Source: Candidatus Hydrogenedentota bacterium
GTDB lineage: Bacteria; Hydrogenedentota; Hydrogenedentia; Hydrogenedentales; SLHB01
NCBI GenBank assembly: GCA_963668025.2
Contig: CAXXTH010000010.1
Coordinates: 352,001 to 416,000, forward strand
Length of the DNA stretch: 64,000 bases
Direction: 5' to 3'
Of this stretch, positions 1 through 10,106 are shown in pieces. The number at the start of each line of letters is the position of its first letter. The stretch's first letter is position 1. The notes under the pieces are model-generated. The model worked only from the letters and a program-made list of their open reading frames with translations. It was not told the origin of the DNA and did not search any database. Both the position numbers and the translations under genes were made by a program.

Positions 1-759
1 TCTTTCGAACCAGTTGAGGCGTTCCCGCAAGGCCGCCACCTCGCCCACCACCAACAGGCCCGGTGGGGCGATGTTCGCTGTTTCCGCGCGTTGGGCTATA
101 TCGGCCAGCGTGCCCGCCACGGTGCGCTGCGTGGGCAGCGTGCCGTTCGTGATCACCGCCGCAGGCGTCGAGGCGGGCCGCCCGCCTGTTATGAGGTGTT
201 CAGCGATCTGGGAGATATTGCGGATTCCCATCAGGAACACGAGCGTTCCCGATGTAGCGGCGATCTCGCGCCAATCCAGGCTGCTTTCCGGTTTTGTGGG
301 GTCTTCATGGCCCGTGATGATACGCACGGATGACGCGCATTCGCGGTGCGTCACGGGAATGCCCGCATAGGCCGGGGCGGCAATGGCGGAGCTTACGCCC
401 GGAACCACCTCGAATGGAACGCCGCGTTCCACCAGATACAGCGCCTCCTCGCCGCCGCGCCCGAAGACGAAGGGATCGCCTCCCTTGAGGCGGCAGATGC
501 GTTTGCCTTCGAGGGCTTTCTCGCACAGCAGGGCATTGATCTCGTCTTGTTCCATCGCGTGCCGGGCGGCCTGCTTGCCCGCGTAGATGATCTCGGCGTC
601 CGCACGGGCATGGGCCAGCAAGGCTGGATTGCTGAGGTAGTCGTATACGATAACGTCCGCCTCCGCGATACAATGCCGCCCCTTGAGCGTGAGCAAGCCG
701 GGATCGCCCGGCCCCGCGCCCACGAGCCACACCACGCCTCTGTCCGCCGGATTATCCAT
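1..759 (-). CDS. cobA: Uroporphyrinogen-III C-methyltransferase (probably CobA-HemD fusion), truncated by window edge
   Basis: Manual translation from ATG at 759 (overlapping hemC stop): MDNPADRGVVWLVGAGPGDPGLLTLKG... with VCRLKGGDPFVFGRGGEE motif; frame open to position 1. Confidence 0.9.
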   Translation of the reverse strand, partial: MDNPADRGVVWLVGAGPGDPGLLTLKGRHCIAEADVIVYDYLSNPALLAHARADAEIIYAGKQAARHAMEQDEINALLCEKALEGKRICRLKGGDPFVFGRGGEEALYLVERGVPFEVVPGVSSAIAAPAYAGIPVTHRECASSVRIITGHEDPTKPESSLDWREIAATSGTLVFLMGIRNISQIAEHLITGGRPASTPAAVITNGTLPTQRTVAGTLADIAQRAETANIAPPGLLVVGEVAALRERLNWFER

Positions 760-1690
760 GCTGGCCTCGATTCAGTTCATCTAGTATTTCCCGGCCACCT
801 TCCCGGAGCATCCGCTCCGCGAGCTGCTCACCCACGTGCGCCGCCTCGTGCGCTGGGCCTTCCGCATGCAAACGGACCATGCGCCCGCCGGTAGGCGATG
901 CGACAAAGGCATTCAGCAACAAGCTCGCACCCGACACACGCCCATACGCGCCCACAGGCGCATGGCATCCACTTTCGACACGTGCGAGCAACGCCCGTTC
1001 CGCCGTCACCGCCATGCGTGTGGGGGGATGCTCCAGCACGCCCACCACTTCGCAGGCCCTTGCGTCACCGTTTCGCGCCGCCACGGCGAGCGCGCCTTGT
1101 CCCGGCGCGGGCAGCCACGCGTCCACATCCAGCCATTCGGTGATCACGACTGACATGCCGGTCCTGCGCACACCGGCTGCGGCGAGAATGATGCCTTCCA
1201 TCACGTCCGATTCCTGCAGCTTGCGCAGCCGTGTGTCGATGTTGCCCCGGAGTTCTACCGCTTGGAGGTCGGGCCGTATCGCGGCTAATAACGCGCGACG
1301 CCGTAGGCTGCCCGTACCCACCGAAGCTCCAGAGGGGAGTTCCTCGATGCGCGGCGCGCACCGGCCCACGAACACGTCGCGGGGGTCTTCCCGCTCGGGA
1401 ATGGCGGCCAGTGCGATGCCTTCGGCGGGCGATGTGGGCACATCCTTCAGACTATGTACGGCTATGTCAATACGGCCCTCCAGCAAGGCCTGGTCCAATT
1501 CACGCGTGAATACGCCCACGGAACCCAGTTTCGCCAGGGGCGCGTCCTGAACGCGGTCGCCAGTTGTCTTGAGGATCTCGATGGCCAACTGGATATCCGG
1601 GCAATGCTCGGAGAGGCGGTCCGCCACCCATTGGGCCTGCCGCATGGCCAGCATGCTGCCCCGCGTGCCGATGCGCAGCATGTCACTCAC
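752..1690 (-). CDS. hemC: Hydroxymethylbilane synthase (porphobilinogen deaminase)
   Basis: LRIGTRGSMLA, DIAVHSLKDVP, GTGSLRR, LRGNIDTRL, GCHAPVG motifs; GTG start at 1690 chosen, ORF is open to 1738. Confidence 0.95.
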   Translation of the reverse strand: MSDMLRIGTRGSMLAMRQAQWVADRLSEHCPDIQLAIEILKTTGDRVQDAPLAKLGSVGVFTRELDQALLEGRIDIAVHSLKDVPTSPAEGIALAAIPEREDPRDVFVGRCAPRIEELPSGASVGTGSLRRRALLAAIRPDLQAVELRGNIDTRLRKLQESDVMEGIILAAAGVRRTGMSVVITEWLDVDAWLPAPGQGALAVAARNGDARACEVVGVLEHPPTRMAVTAERALLARVESGCHAPVGAYGRVSGASLLLNAFVASPTGGRMVRLHAEGPAHEAAHVGEQLAERMLREGGREILDELNRGQHG

Positions 1691-1727
1691 ACGGCATCCC
1701 TCCATGGGGCCACGAAAGGCGGCTTCC

Positions 1728-1792
1728 GTCATTCCCACGAAAGCGGGAATCCAAGGCGCGGCGCTCTGGATCCCCGCTTTCGCGGAGATGAC
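1728..1792. repeat. REP-like inverted doublet GTCATTCCC..GCGGGAATCCA / TGGATCCCCGC..GATGAC
   Basis: Two hairpin units in inverted orientation; related copy at 36618-36681 and half copy near 37707-37726. Confidence 0.75.
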
Positions 1793-1888
1793 CCAAGGCG
1801 TGTATTCTCATCCTATCGCACCCAGCCAAGAGCTCCATCATTGCTACTCCATAAACAACCACTCGGGCTGCGGACTGCGGTCATCTGG

Positions 1889-2551
1889 TTAGTCTGGTGT
1901 GGGACCGGCGCCCTCGCCGGTCATTCGCCGCACGCATTCCCGTAATAAGCGCTCCGCCTCGGCATGCCGGCCTTCGGCCAACAGCAGAAGCGCCGGAACA
2001 TCCAGCAGCGCTTCTTCGATCTGGTTGCGCAAAGGCCTGCTTTCCGCCTGCGCCTTTATTTCGCTTCGGATTTCTTCCAACAACGCCAGGTACAGCCCAT
2101 ATTCCGGCCCGAACTGGCGTTCCAGCGCCATGCGCATCCGCTTGGCCAGCGCGGGAAACGCACCGCCGGTGCTCACGGTGACTTCGAGATCCCCATGGTG
2201 AATGGATGCCGGAACGAAGAAATCACATAGATCCGGCACATCGACGACATTAAGCAGGACGCCCTTAGCCCGCGCTTCCGCCGCAATGGCTTCGTTCACG
2301 GCGCGGTTGTTGGTGGCGGCGATGGCCACAAGCGCCCCATCAAGATCGCCCGGCTGGAAGGCCCGGCGCTCGGCGCTGATCTCGCTTCGGGCGGCGCGTT
2401 CCTCCAAGATTGGGCATAATTCGGGGCTGATGACCGATACGTGCGCCCCGGCGTCCAATAACGAAGCCGCCTTGCGTGCGGCAATGGCCCCGCCGCCGAT
2501 CACCACGCAGCGGCGGCCCGCCACTTTCAACGCCATGGGATACATCCGCAT
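1889..2551 (-). CDS. sirC: Precorrin-2 dehydrogenase / sirohydrochlorin ferrochelatase (CysG N-terminal/Met8p-like)
   Basis: YPMALKVAGRRCVVIGGGAIAARK Rossmann motif, NVVDVPDLCDFFVP, VSTGGAFPALAK. Confidence 0.9.
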   Translation of the reverse strand: MRMYPMALKVAGRRCVVIGGGAIAARKAASLLDAGAHVSVISPELCPILEERAARSEISAERRAFQPGDLDGALVAIAATNNRAVNEAIAAEARAKGVLLNVVDVPDLCDFFVPASIHHGDLEVTVSTGGAFPALAKRMRMALERQFGPEYGLYLALLEEIRSEIKAQAESRPLRNQIEEALLDVPALLLLAEGRHAEAERLLRECVRRMTGEGAGPTPD

Positions 2552-2828
2552 TTTGCTGTTTACTCCTGCTCCACGGACTATTCTATGCAAGGCGGCATTT
2601 TTTTAATCGCTTCAAACATCATCATAGCATAGCAATGAGACAGTTCCGAGCTTGCGCAGAAACGGCAGCCTTCAGATCAAAAATGGAAAGAACGGTGAAA
2701 AATGAATAGAATACCTCGATTCTGGATAACACGGATAAAGGCATATGGATTATCTGAATCCCTAGTAATTTATATGAAGTCTGCTGTTCAAACACGCGGC
2801 GCATGCTTATAGAAAGAGGTGGCCATTT

Positions 2829-3887
2829 ATGACTGCTCGAAGCAATGGGGTGGATGCCGCGAAAGGGTTTGCAATTTTACTTGTATGCATTTATCACATA
2901 TGGAGATATTTGGATAGGCCATCATTTGAATGGCTAGGGTTTGATTTTTTTGCCATGTTCCGCCGTGGCGATATTGGTGTGGAATTTTTCTTCGTGATCT
3001 CTGGCTATCTGTCTGCCCTGTCGTTATCTAAGAAAGATGCGGCGTCCCAGACTCTTGCTGTTTTTTTCCCATCACGGCTGTTTCGCTTGATTGTGCCCTA
3101 TTATACCGCCCTGCTTTTCTGGGTGATTGTCTTGCATTTTGAACTGATACGGCCTTGCCCGCATAGCTTTTTTGACATCATTGCCCATATGACATTTATG
3201 CATACGTTATGCCCGAGCACGTTTTTCAGCATATCTGGCGTTTTTTGGTTTCTAGGCTCGATGATGCAACTGTATTTGCTTACTCCATTGATCTATAAAC
3301 TGGCAAAGAAAAGCCCTTGGCTTGTGTTTGCTCTTACCACCGCCATCAGTTATTTCGCCAATTACTATGCGAAAACTATCGCTGGCGACAATTTCATGGT
3401 TCTGACCTATAGCGCGATAAGCTATTTGCCCTTGATAGTGATGGGTTTCATCCTGTTTGACAAGGAGCAGGCGTTCCGCAAGTTTTTTTCTTCGCCATTC
3501 GTACTGCCGGTATATTTGCTTGTGGTGTTTCTCTTGCTGTTCAGAGCGACATACCGCTTTGGCTACTTTGAATTCACCGATGTGGTGGCTGGGCTAGTCC
3601 TTGGGCTTTCCATGCCGTTGCTTAATCATGAGCGTTGTAACAAGCTCATATCATTTTGCCCACTGCTTCCTTTGATCGGCAGGGCGTCATTTTCCATATT
3701 TGCGTATAATTATATTTACTTGATCACTGGGGAACCGGTTTATAGCGGTTTGGCGGGATGGCTATACACGCTCACCCAAGTGCTTTCTTTTGGGCTGTTG
3801 ATGTATTGGCTTGTTGAAAAAGGTGCGCTTCCCTATATTATTCAGCATTGGACAGGCGCATTCAGCGCAAAAAAACAGGACAACTAA
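2829..3887 (+). CDS. Acyltransferase family 3 (OafA-like) integral membrane O-acyltransferase
   Basis: DAAKGFAILLVCIYH, GVEFFFVISGYL, RLFRLIVPYY, FWFL motifs; multiple TM helices; AT-richer than flanks. Confidence 0.85.
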   Translation: MTARSNGVDAAKGFAILLVCIYHIWRYLDRPSFEWLGFDFFAMFRRGDIGVEFFFVISGYLSALSLSKKDAASQTLAVFFPSRLFRLIVPYYTALLFWVIVLHFELIRPCPHSFFDIIAHMTFMHTLCPSTFFSISGVFWFLGSMMQLYLLTPLIYKLAKKSPWLVFALTTAISYFANYYAKTIAGDNFMVLTYSAISYLPLIVMGFILFDKEQAFRKFFSSPFVLPVYLLVVFLLLFRATYRFGYFEFTDVVAGLVLGLSMPLLNHERCNKLISFCPLLPLIGRASFSIFAYNYIYLITGEPVYSGLAGWLYTLTQVLSFGLLMYWLVEKGALPYIIQHWTGAFSAKKQDN

Positions 3888-3966
3888 TGTATAGGATGAG
3901 TTGTTCACTTGAAGCAGGGCCTTTTCCTGCTGTATTTCCCATCCTTTAAGGAGGCGCGATTACCTG

Positions 3967-5136
3967 TTGAGGCTTGCTCTTGAAAAGTTGTACCGCGTAA
4001 TCGCCTCGACGAGGACTTCCTGCGTCCTGTTTCTTCTTTTGTTGCTGCTCACGTTTTACGGAACCTTATACCAGGTCGAGTACGGGCTGTATCCCGCCCA
4101 GCAGAAATATTTCGCTTCCTTCTTTCTTGTCCATTGGGCCTTTGGCGCTATCCCAATCCCGCTGCCAGGCGCTTACCTCATTCTTGTGGTCTTGTTCGCC
4201 AATCTCTTGTGCGGTGCGATTTTTCGAGCGCGCAAAGGATGGGCAAAAATGGGCACTCTGATCACCCATGTGGGCATACTGCTCTTGCTTTTGGGCGCAT
4301 TTGTCGCGCATGAATGCTCGGATTCGGGGTATATGCTGCTCCACGAAGGGGATCGCGCGGCCTATTTTGAACAGTACCGAAGCTGGGAAATTGTAGCGGG
4401 TGAGGAAATAGACGGCCAATATACGGACGCGTATGTCCTTGCAGGCAAACGCTTTGACTCTATCGAGCCAGGCGAAATCCAGGCATTCTCCATCCCGAAT
4501 CTGCCCTTTGATCTCTCGGTGGACCGCTATATCGAGAATTGCGACCGGGTTCCCGGCGCACCCAACGCCTCCCCGGACACCAAAACGGTGGGCGGATACC
4601 GCCTGCTACCGCTCGCGTCTTACGCGGATGCGGAACGCAACACGCCGGGGGCGTATATTACGCTTCAACCAAAATATACCGGAGAACCACGCGAAGCCTT
4701 GTTATGGGGCGGGCCGTCTGCCCCGGTTCAGTTCATTGACGGTGGCAAATCGTATTCCATCACGCTCCGCCGCCAGCGCTCGGAGCTTCCTTTCCGCCTT
4801 ACGCTGGATTCGTTCACGCATGAGATGCATCCCCGGTCTAATATGCCCAAGGAATTCAAAAGCAGCATCACTAAGGAAGAAGGGGGCGTCCGCCAAGCCT
4901 TTTCCGTCACCATGAATGAGCCTTTCCGGCATCAAGGCTATACCTTTTACCAATCCTCCTGGGGCATGTCGGGCGAGGGGAAAACAGCAAAGCCATATAC
5001 CATTCTGGCTGTCGTGCGGAATCCCGCCGAACAATGGCCTCAATACGCCTGCCTCATCATCACACTCGGCATGGCGCTCCATTTTGTATACAAATTGTCG
5101 TCGTATTTGAAAATGGAGGCCCGGCAGCGCCCATGA
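3967..5136 (+). CDS. resB: Cytochrome c biogenesis protein ResB/Ccs1-like
   Basis: N-terminal TMs, ITHVGILLLLLG, MNEPFRHQGYTFYQSS; coupled to ccsA by ATGA overlap. Confidence 0.8.
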   Translation: MRLALEKLYRVIASTRTSCVLFLLLLLLTFYGTLYQVEYGLYPAQQKYFASFFLVHWAFGAIPIPLPGAYLILVVLFANLLCGAIFRARKGWAKMGTLITHVGILLLLLGAFVAHECSDSGYMLLHEGDRAAYFEQYRSWEIVAGEEIDGQYTDAYVLAGKRFDSIEPGEIQAFSIPNLPFDLSVDRYIENCDRVPGAPNASPDTKTVGGYRLLPLASYADAERNTPGAYITLQPKYTGEPREALLWGGPSAPVQFIDGGKSYSITLRRQRSELPFRLTLDSFTHEMHPRSNMPKEFKSSITKEEGGVRQAFSVTMNEPFRHQGYTFYQSSWGMSGEGKTAKPYTILAVVRNPAEQWPQYACLIITLGMALHFVYKLSSYLKMEARQRP

Positions 5137-7094
5137 CGCCTTCCATGCTGCGATATGCGGCCTTTTCATTGGCCATTATGGTGTTGGCGGCCCATCCCGT
5201 ACCTGCACAGGATATGCCTGCCTGGACGCCGCAAACCTTGCGCATGCTGGCCACACTGCCCGTGCAGGATGAAGGCCGGATCAAGCCGCTCGACACGGTG
5301 GCGGCGTTTAAACTCCTGCGCTTTAATGGCAAACGCTCCTGCCGGAATCTGGAAGGAGAAACCATCCCGCCCATCGCATGGCTTGCCGATTGCCTGTTTC
5401 ATCCCGAACTGGCTCGCCAATACAAGATCTTCCGCATCGACAACGCTGAAGTCTTGGAGTCCCTTGGCCTGCCATTCACCAAAAAACGCGACCGGTATGC
5501 GTATGATGATCTTGCCCCAGCTTCTCAGAAGCTCTTCGCGCTGGCCCAGTTATATGCGCAAAAGGAAGCAAAAAAACGTACACCCTTGGAGAACCAAATC
5601 GTGTATCTCGGCGGCAATGTGCGTGAATTCGAGGCCCTTATGGCCTACGCCGATTTTACCCGAGCTCCACTTAACGTAGGTGAGAGCCGCACCTTGGCCG
5701 CGTTATTTCCCGGCCAAACCCATGTCTCGCTGAGTGTGGCGCTTCAAAAGACGCCCGATATCGTGCAAGCCTATCTTTCCATGAAAGGGCATGCCGGCTC
5801 CTCGGTGCCAGATTTTCTTACAGAAATGGCCGCGATGGAGTCTTTCATGGACTCCGTCGAGCATGCCGCAGCCCCAGCACAGGCATTCGCCCTTTTTCCT
5901 CCGTCTGGTGATCCCAAGGAAACGGAATGGCTGGCTCCCTCCGATATGCTCGAATATATGGTATCGGGAAAGACGCTTGACCCATCCGTCATCGAATTGC
6001 TGGCGGCCTTCGAGACACTGGATAGCCTCAGAGATAATCCTTCCGGCTTTGAAGGGCAACTCGCGGTCTTTCACGCCGCGTTGGTGCGGTTAGCGGAGAA
6101 CCGGGGCGAATATGGCAAGATTCCACTGGAGGTGTGCTTTTACCGTCTCAAGCTTTTTTATTACAGCCTGGTGCTATATATCGCCAGTTTTTTGCTTATC
6201 GCCTGTTCCTGGCTGCGACCGCAAGGCCGTATGCTCGCCCGGCTTGGAATGCCTGCTGTCCTGCTTCCCACGGCGCTGCTGGCCGCCGGGATTGCATTGC
6301 GCTGTATCATCCGTGGCCGCCCGCCCGTGACCACCCTCTACGAAACCATCCTGTTCACCACCGCCGTGGCGGTATCCGCATCATTATGTATTGAAAAAGT
6401 AAACCGCCAGCGGGTGGCGTTGTCATTGGCCTCGATTCTCGGCGTACTTGGAGTTTTTCTTGCGAACAAATATGAATTGAGCGATGGAACTGACACGATG
6501 CCAAGCATGGCCGCCGTGCTCGACACCAATTTCTGGCTGGCCACCCATGTCACTACCATCACCATCGGCTACGCCGCGGGCCTACTGGCTGGCGCACTCG
6601 GACATGCCTATGTCTTCGGCAGGCTGTTGCGCTGGCGGAGCCATGAGCCGGATTTCTATCCATCCGTGGCCCGGATGATTTATGGCGTATTTTGTTTCGG
6701 ACTGCTTTTTTCCGTGCTGGGCACTATATTAGGCGGCATTTGGGCCGCTGAAAGCTGGGGCCGGTTTTGGGGCTGGGATCCAAAAGAAAATGGCGCATTG
6801 ATGATTGTGTTATGGCAATTGGCCGTCTTGCATGCCCGGGCGGATGGCCTTATTCGCGATGCGGGCATCGCATTAGGCGCGATTCTGGGCGGAGTCATCG
6901 TCACGTTTTCCTGGTTCGGCGTCAACTTGCTTGGCGTTGGATTGCACAGCTACGGATTCACCAGCGGCACGTTTCATCTTCTAATGGCCTTTTATGCCGT
7001 TGAACTGCTGATAGTCCTACTGGGTTGCGTGGCCTGGTTCCGCGATAGGCGTTTACCGGGAACCTCTTCTAATACGCCAACAGACAAGGCTTGA
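5133..7094 (+). CDS. ccsA: Cytochrome c biogenesis protein CcsA/ResC (system II heme lyase)
   Basis: WAAESWGRFWGWDPKE WWD motif, FWLATHV, GLHSYG; ATG 5133 overlaps upstream stop. Confidence 0.92.
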   Translation: MTPSMLRYAAFSLAIMVLAAHPVPAQDMPAWTPQTLRMLATLPVQDEGRIKPLDTVAAFKLLRFNGKRSCRNLEGETIPPIAWLADCLFHPELARQYKIFRIDNAEVLESLGLPFTKKRDRYAYDDLAPASQKLFALAQLYAQKEAKKRTPLENQIVYLGGNVREFEALMAYADFTRAPLNVGESRTLAALFPGQTHVSLSVALQKTPDIVQAYLSMKGHAGSSVPDFLTEMAAMESFMDSVEHAAAPAQAFALFPPSGDPKETEWLAPSDMLEYMVSGKTLDPSVIELLAAFETLDSLRDNPSGFEGQLAVFHAALVRLAENRGEYGKIPLEVCFYRLKLFYYSLVLYIASFLLIACSWLRPQGRMLARLGMPAVLLPTALLAAGIALRCIIRGRPPVTTLYETILFTTAVAVSASLCIEKVNRQRVALSLASILGVLGVFLANKYELSDGTDTMPSMAAVLDTNFWLATHVTTITIGYAAGLLAGALGHAYVFGRLLRWRSHEPDFYPSVARMIYGVFCFGLLFSVLGTILGGIWAAESWGRFWGWDPKENGALMIVLWQLAVLHARADGLIRDAGIALGAILGGVIVTFSWFGVNLLGVGLHSYGFTSGTFHLLMAFYAVELLIVLLGCVAWFRDRRLPGTSSNTPTDKA

Positions 7095-7119
7095 GGCAAT
7101 CGCCGTCTGTTGGTATGAT
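7091..7119 (+). promoter_or_regulatory. Putative sigma70 promoter of the GGDEF gene
   Basis: TTGAGG-17 nt-TATGAT with TG extension. Confidence 0.45.
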
Positions 7120-7151
7120 TCCATCCATGTATAACCATAGAGGATGCCATA

Positions 7152-8483
7152 TTGGATAATGTAGCACCATTGGTTTCAGATTGTTCCGCCCGGCGCGTCT
7201 TGATCGCGGATGACGAATCCCTTGTCCTCAATGTGCTTCAACGTTTTATCGAGCAATCGTTTCATTGTGAAGTCGTGGCGTGTGGAAGTGGCGATGAAGC
7301 GCTCCAGTTACTGGATGCATCCATTTTCGACCTATTCATCTCCGATATGCTAATGCCGGGGCTCCATGGACTCGAATTGGTGAAACTGGCCAAACAACAG
7401 CGCCCCGACTGCGACATCATTGTTATGACCGCATATCCGTATGAATTTCCGTATGTTGAAGTCGTCCAGGCTGGGGCTTCGGATTTCATTGAAAAGCCGC
7501 ACCCTTCCCAAGAAATGTGCGCTAAAATGCTCCGTATTTTCGGCGAACGCGAAATGCGGGAAGAGCTGAGGCGGGAACGGCAGCGCGCCGTGGACGATAT
7601 GGAGGCCATCCGCGCCCTTCAAGCCGCCCGGGCAATTGCCGAAGAGAAATATGGCCGCCTGTTTGAACTGAGCATGAATGGCATGCTGGTTATCGAGCCC
7701 AATACATTTATCGTTGATGATGTCAATCAGGCGTTCTGTGAATTATGCGGCCGCCCGCAAAGCGAATTGCTGGGCCACCCTATGTCCGAATTTATCGTTC
7801 CCCTGGACGCCGAACGGTTCCTCCTGGGCTGTGAGGCCATGTCCATGGCAGGCAAAGGAGCCATGGCGGACATCCGCCTGCTCCGTCCAAACGGCGAAGA
7901 GGTTTGGCTCGATATCAGCGTGACCTTCATACAAAGCCGCCTCGAATGCTCCGTTTTGCTCGTATGCAAGGATGTGACGGAACAACATGCCATCGAAGAC
8001 CAATTGGTCCGCATGGCGAGCCGGGATGAATTGACCGGCTTGCTCAACCAGCGCGCCTTCTACTCGAGGCTGGATGGCGCTATTGCCACTGCCTTGTGGC
8101 AAGGCAGCCCCCTCTCGCTGGTATTTATTGACCTGGATAACTTCAAGCAATGCAATGACACCTTGGGCCACCAGACCGGCGACGCGGTCTTGAACCTGGT
8201 TGGACGCCTGATCCGGCAACATTTGCGGGGCGCGGATGAAGGTTTCCGGTATGGCGGCGATGAATTCGCATTGCTGATGTCAGGGGCAAACAGAAATTCC
8301 GCCGTATCTGCTGCCCAGCGTTTGCGCGCGGCATTTCTAGAAACCAACAGCCATGGCGTTTCCATGAGCTGTGGCGTGGCCGAGTTTCGCCCGGGAATCG
8401 ACGCCAAGCATCTCGTGAAAGCCGCAGATGACGCGCTATATCACGCCAAATCTTCCGGTAAAGACACCGTACGGACGGCGTGA
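7152..8483 (+). CDS. Diguanylate cyclase with receiver, PAS and GGDEF domains
   Basis: VLIADDE...DMLMPGLHG receiver; PAS; DELTGLLN, FIDLDNFK, RGAD I-site and RYGGDEF. Confidence 0.93.
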   Translation: MDNVAPLVSDCSARRVLIADDESLVLNVLQRFIEQSFHCEVVACGSGDEALQLLDASIFDLFISDMLMPGLHGLELVKLAKQQRPDCDIIVMTAYPYEFPYVEVVQAGASDFIEKPHPSQEMCAKMLRIFGEREMREELRRERQRAVDDMEAIRALQAARAIAEEKYGRLFELSMNGMLVIEPNTFIVDDVNQAFCELCGRPQSELLGHPMSEFIVPLDAERFLLGCEAMSMAGKGAMADIRLLRPNGEEVWLDISVTFIQSRLECSVLLVCKDVTEQHAIEDQLVRMASRDELTGLLNQRAFYSRLDGAIATALWQGSPLSLVFIDLDNFKQCNDTLGHQTGDAVLNLVGRLIRQHLRGADEGFRYGGDEFALLMSGANRNSAVSAAQRLRAAFLETNSHGVSMSCGVAEFRPGIDAKHLVKAADDALYHAKSSGKDTVRTA

Positions 8484-8490
8484 GCATATC

Positions 8491-9447
8491 ATGGGAGCCG
8501 TCATCAGCGCCGTATTTCCTGTATTTGGAGTAGTGGGCATCGCCTATCTCCTGCGTCGGCTGTTTGACCTGCACGCCAGAACCCTCGCCACGCTGAATAT
8601 TTACTTCTTTCTGCCTTCCCTTGTGTTTACAAGCCTGGTCCAGCGGACCATCGAATGGCCTGTATTTGGCCGTGTCGCCGCCGCTACCGTATTGCTCACC
8701 ACCGCCTTGTCCTTACTAGCCATTGGCGTGGCCCGCTTGCGCCACATGAATTCCGAACAAGAGAGCGCCTTTCTGTTAAGCATATTCCCCAATTTGGGAA
8801 ATTTCGGCCTCCCTGTGGCCACATTCGCCTTCGGAGCGGCGGAAGGCTTGCCGCTGGCGGTGGTGGTCATGGTGTGCGGAAGCCTGGTGCAAAACAGCCT
8901 GGGCGTCTACTATGCACAGCGCAGCCACCACGGCGCGCTGCGTTCGTTAAGCCACGTGTTCCGATTCCCCGCAGTCTACGCATTTGCGTTCGCCTTGCTT
9001 TTTCAGCATCTAGGCTGGCGCGCGCCTGAATCCGTTCCCACATGGGAAGGCGGTTTTCTGCCAGCCCTTGGGCTTGCCGCATCTTGCACCTTGTTTCGCG
9101 CCATCGAGATCGCCGCGGCAGGAACTATTCCCATACAACTGGTCATTCTCGGCCTGCAACTGGCCGAGACCCGCCTGGAACGGGGAGCAGACATGGTGTT
9201 AGCCGTGCTCTTGCGGCTCTGCGCCGCACCGGCCGCCGCCTTTGCCATGGCTTGCGTGGTCGGCCTGGCCGATCTGCCCGCCAAAGTCTTTATTCTGCAA
9301 CATGCGGGGCCTGTAGCCGTAGGCATGGCGGTGTATGGCGTTCAATTCAATGTGAAACCCGGATTCCTGGCAAGCGTGGTCTCGTGGACCTTTCTATTCA
9401 GCATCCTAAGCGTGAGCGTTGTCCTGGCGCTGCTGTTTCGTATGTGA
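8491..9447 (+). CDS. AEC (auxin efflux carrier/malate permease) family transporter
   Basis: PSLVF, FPNLGNFGLP motifs, about 10 TM segments. Confidence 0.85.
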   Translation: MGAVISAVFPVFGVVGIAYLLRRLFDLHARTLATLNIYFFLPSLVFTSLVQRTIEWPVFGRVAAATVLLTTALSLLAIGVARLRHMNSEQESAFLLSIFPNLGNFGLPVATFAFGAAEGLPLAVVVMVCGSLVQNSLGVYYAQRSHHGALRSLSHVFRFPAVYAFAFALLFQHLGWRAPESVPTWEGGFLPALGLAASCTLFRAIEIAAAGTIPIQLVILGLQLAETRLERGADMVLAVLLRLCAAPAAAFAMACVVGLADLPAKVFILQHAGPVAVGMAVYGVQFNVKPGFLASVVSWTFLFSILSVSVVLALLFRM

Positions 9448-9525
9448 GCGCCATCGCTGGAACGGGCGAAATTATTCCGCTCTGTTCATTGTTGACATAC
9501 AGGATTTCAATGACGCAAGCACACT

Positions 9526-9554
9526 TTGCTCCCTTTGGAATGCTTCGTTATAAT
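9526..9554 (+). promoter_or_regulatory. Putative sigma70 promoter of trxA
   Basis: TTGCTC-17 nt-TATAAT. Confidence 0.5.
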
Positions 9555-9665
9555 CCTCGTGGAATGAGCCGGGTGCTGTTTTGGGGATGGGGGCTCACTG
9601 CGCTGAAACGCGAAAGATCCGTTAAGGATAACATATGCGGTATAAACCGATGGAGGTTCGTTAAA

Positions 9666-9983
9666 ATGAGTAATGCGCGTGAATTGACGAGTGCGGATTT
9701 TGATGCGACCGTGAAATCCGGGGTGACGTTAGTGGATTTCTGGGCGGAGTGGTGCGGCCCCTGCCGTATGATGGCTCCGGTATTGGATGAATTGGCGAAC
9801 GAATATAAAGATAAGGTTACGGTCGCTAAGATCAATGTCGATAACGAGAACGATCTGGCGGGCCGGTTCAACGTCATGAGCATCCCCACACTCCTCGTGT
9901 TTAAAGACGGGGAAGTGCAGAAGCGGTTTGTCGGCGTGACCTCGAAATCGGACCTTTCCGAAGCATTTGACGCCTGCTTGTAA
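9666..9983 (+). CDS. trxA: Thioredoxin
   Basis: DFWAEWCGPC, SIPTL; GGAGG RBS upstream of ATG 9666. Confidence 0.97.
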   Translation: MSNARELTSADFDATVKSGVTLVDFWAEWCGPCRMMAPVLDELANEYKDKVTVAKINVDNENDLAGRFNVMSIPTLLVFKDGEVQKRFVGVTSKSDLSEAFDACL

Positions 9984-10022
9984 AAACCCTTAACACCATA
10001 TAAAGAAACAAGATAGCTCATG

Positions 10023-10053
10023 TGGACCGCGGCAGCTTGCTGCCGCTTTTTTT
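10023..10053 (+). terminator. REP-like hairpin GCGGCAGCTTGCTGCCGC plus T-run, likely terminator after trxA
   Basis: Hairpin followed by T7; same motif at 26507, 28585, 28644. Confidence 0.6.
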
Positions 10054-10106
10054 ATTCTGTTTCGATTTTGTAGTTTGTTTCCTCTTTTAAATGAAGTAAA
10101 AAGCAG

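Noticed and set aside
9042-9665. Long N-terminal extension of thioredoxin (similar extensions for ccsA, ROK, the PspC-domain gene and lpdA)
   Set aside because: They overlap upstream genes or repeats; downstream starts have RBS or gene-overlap support and normal family lengths
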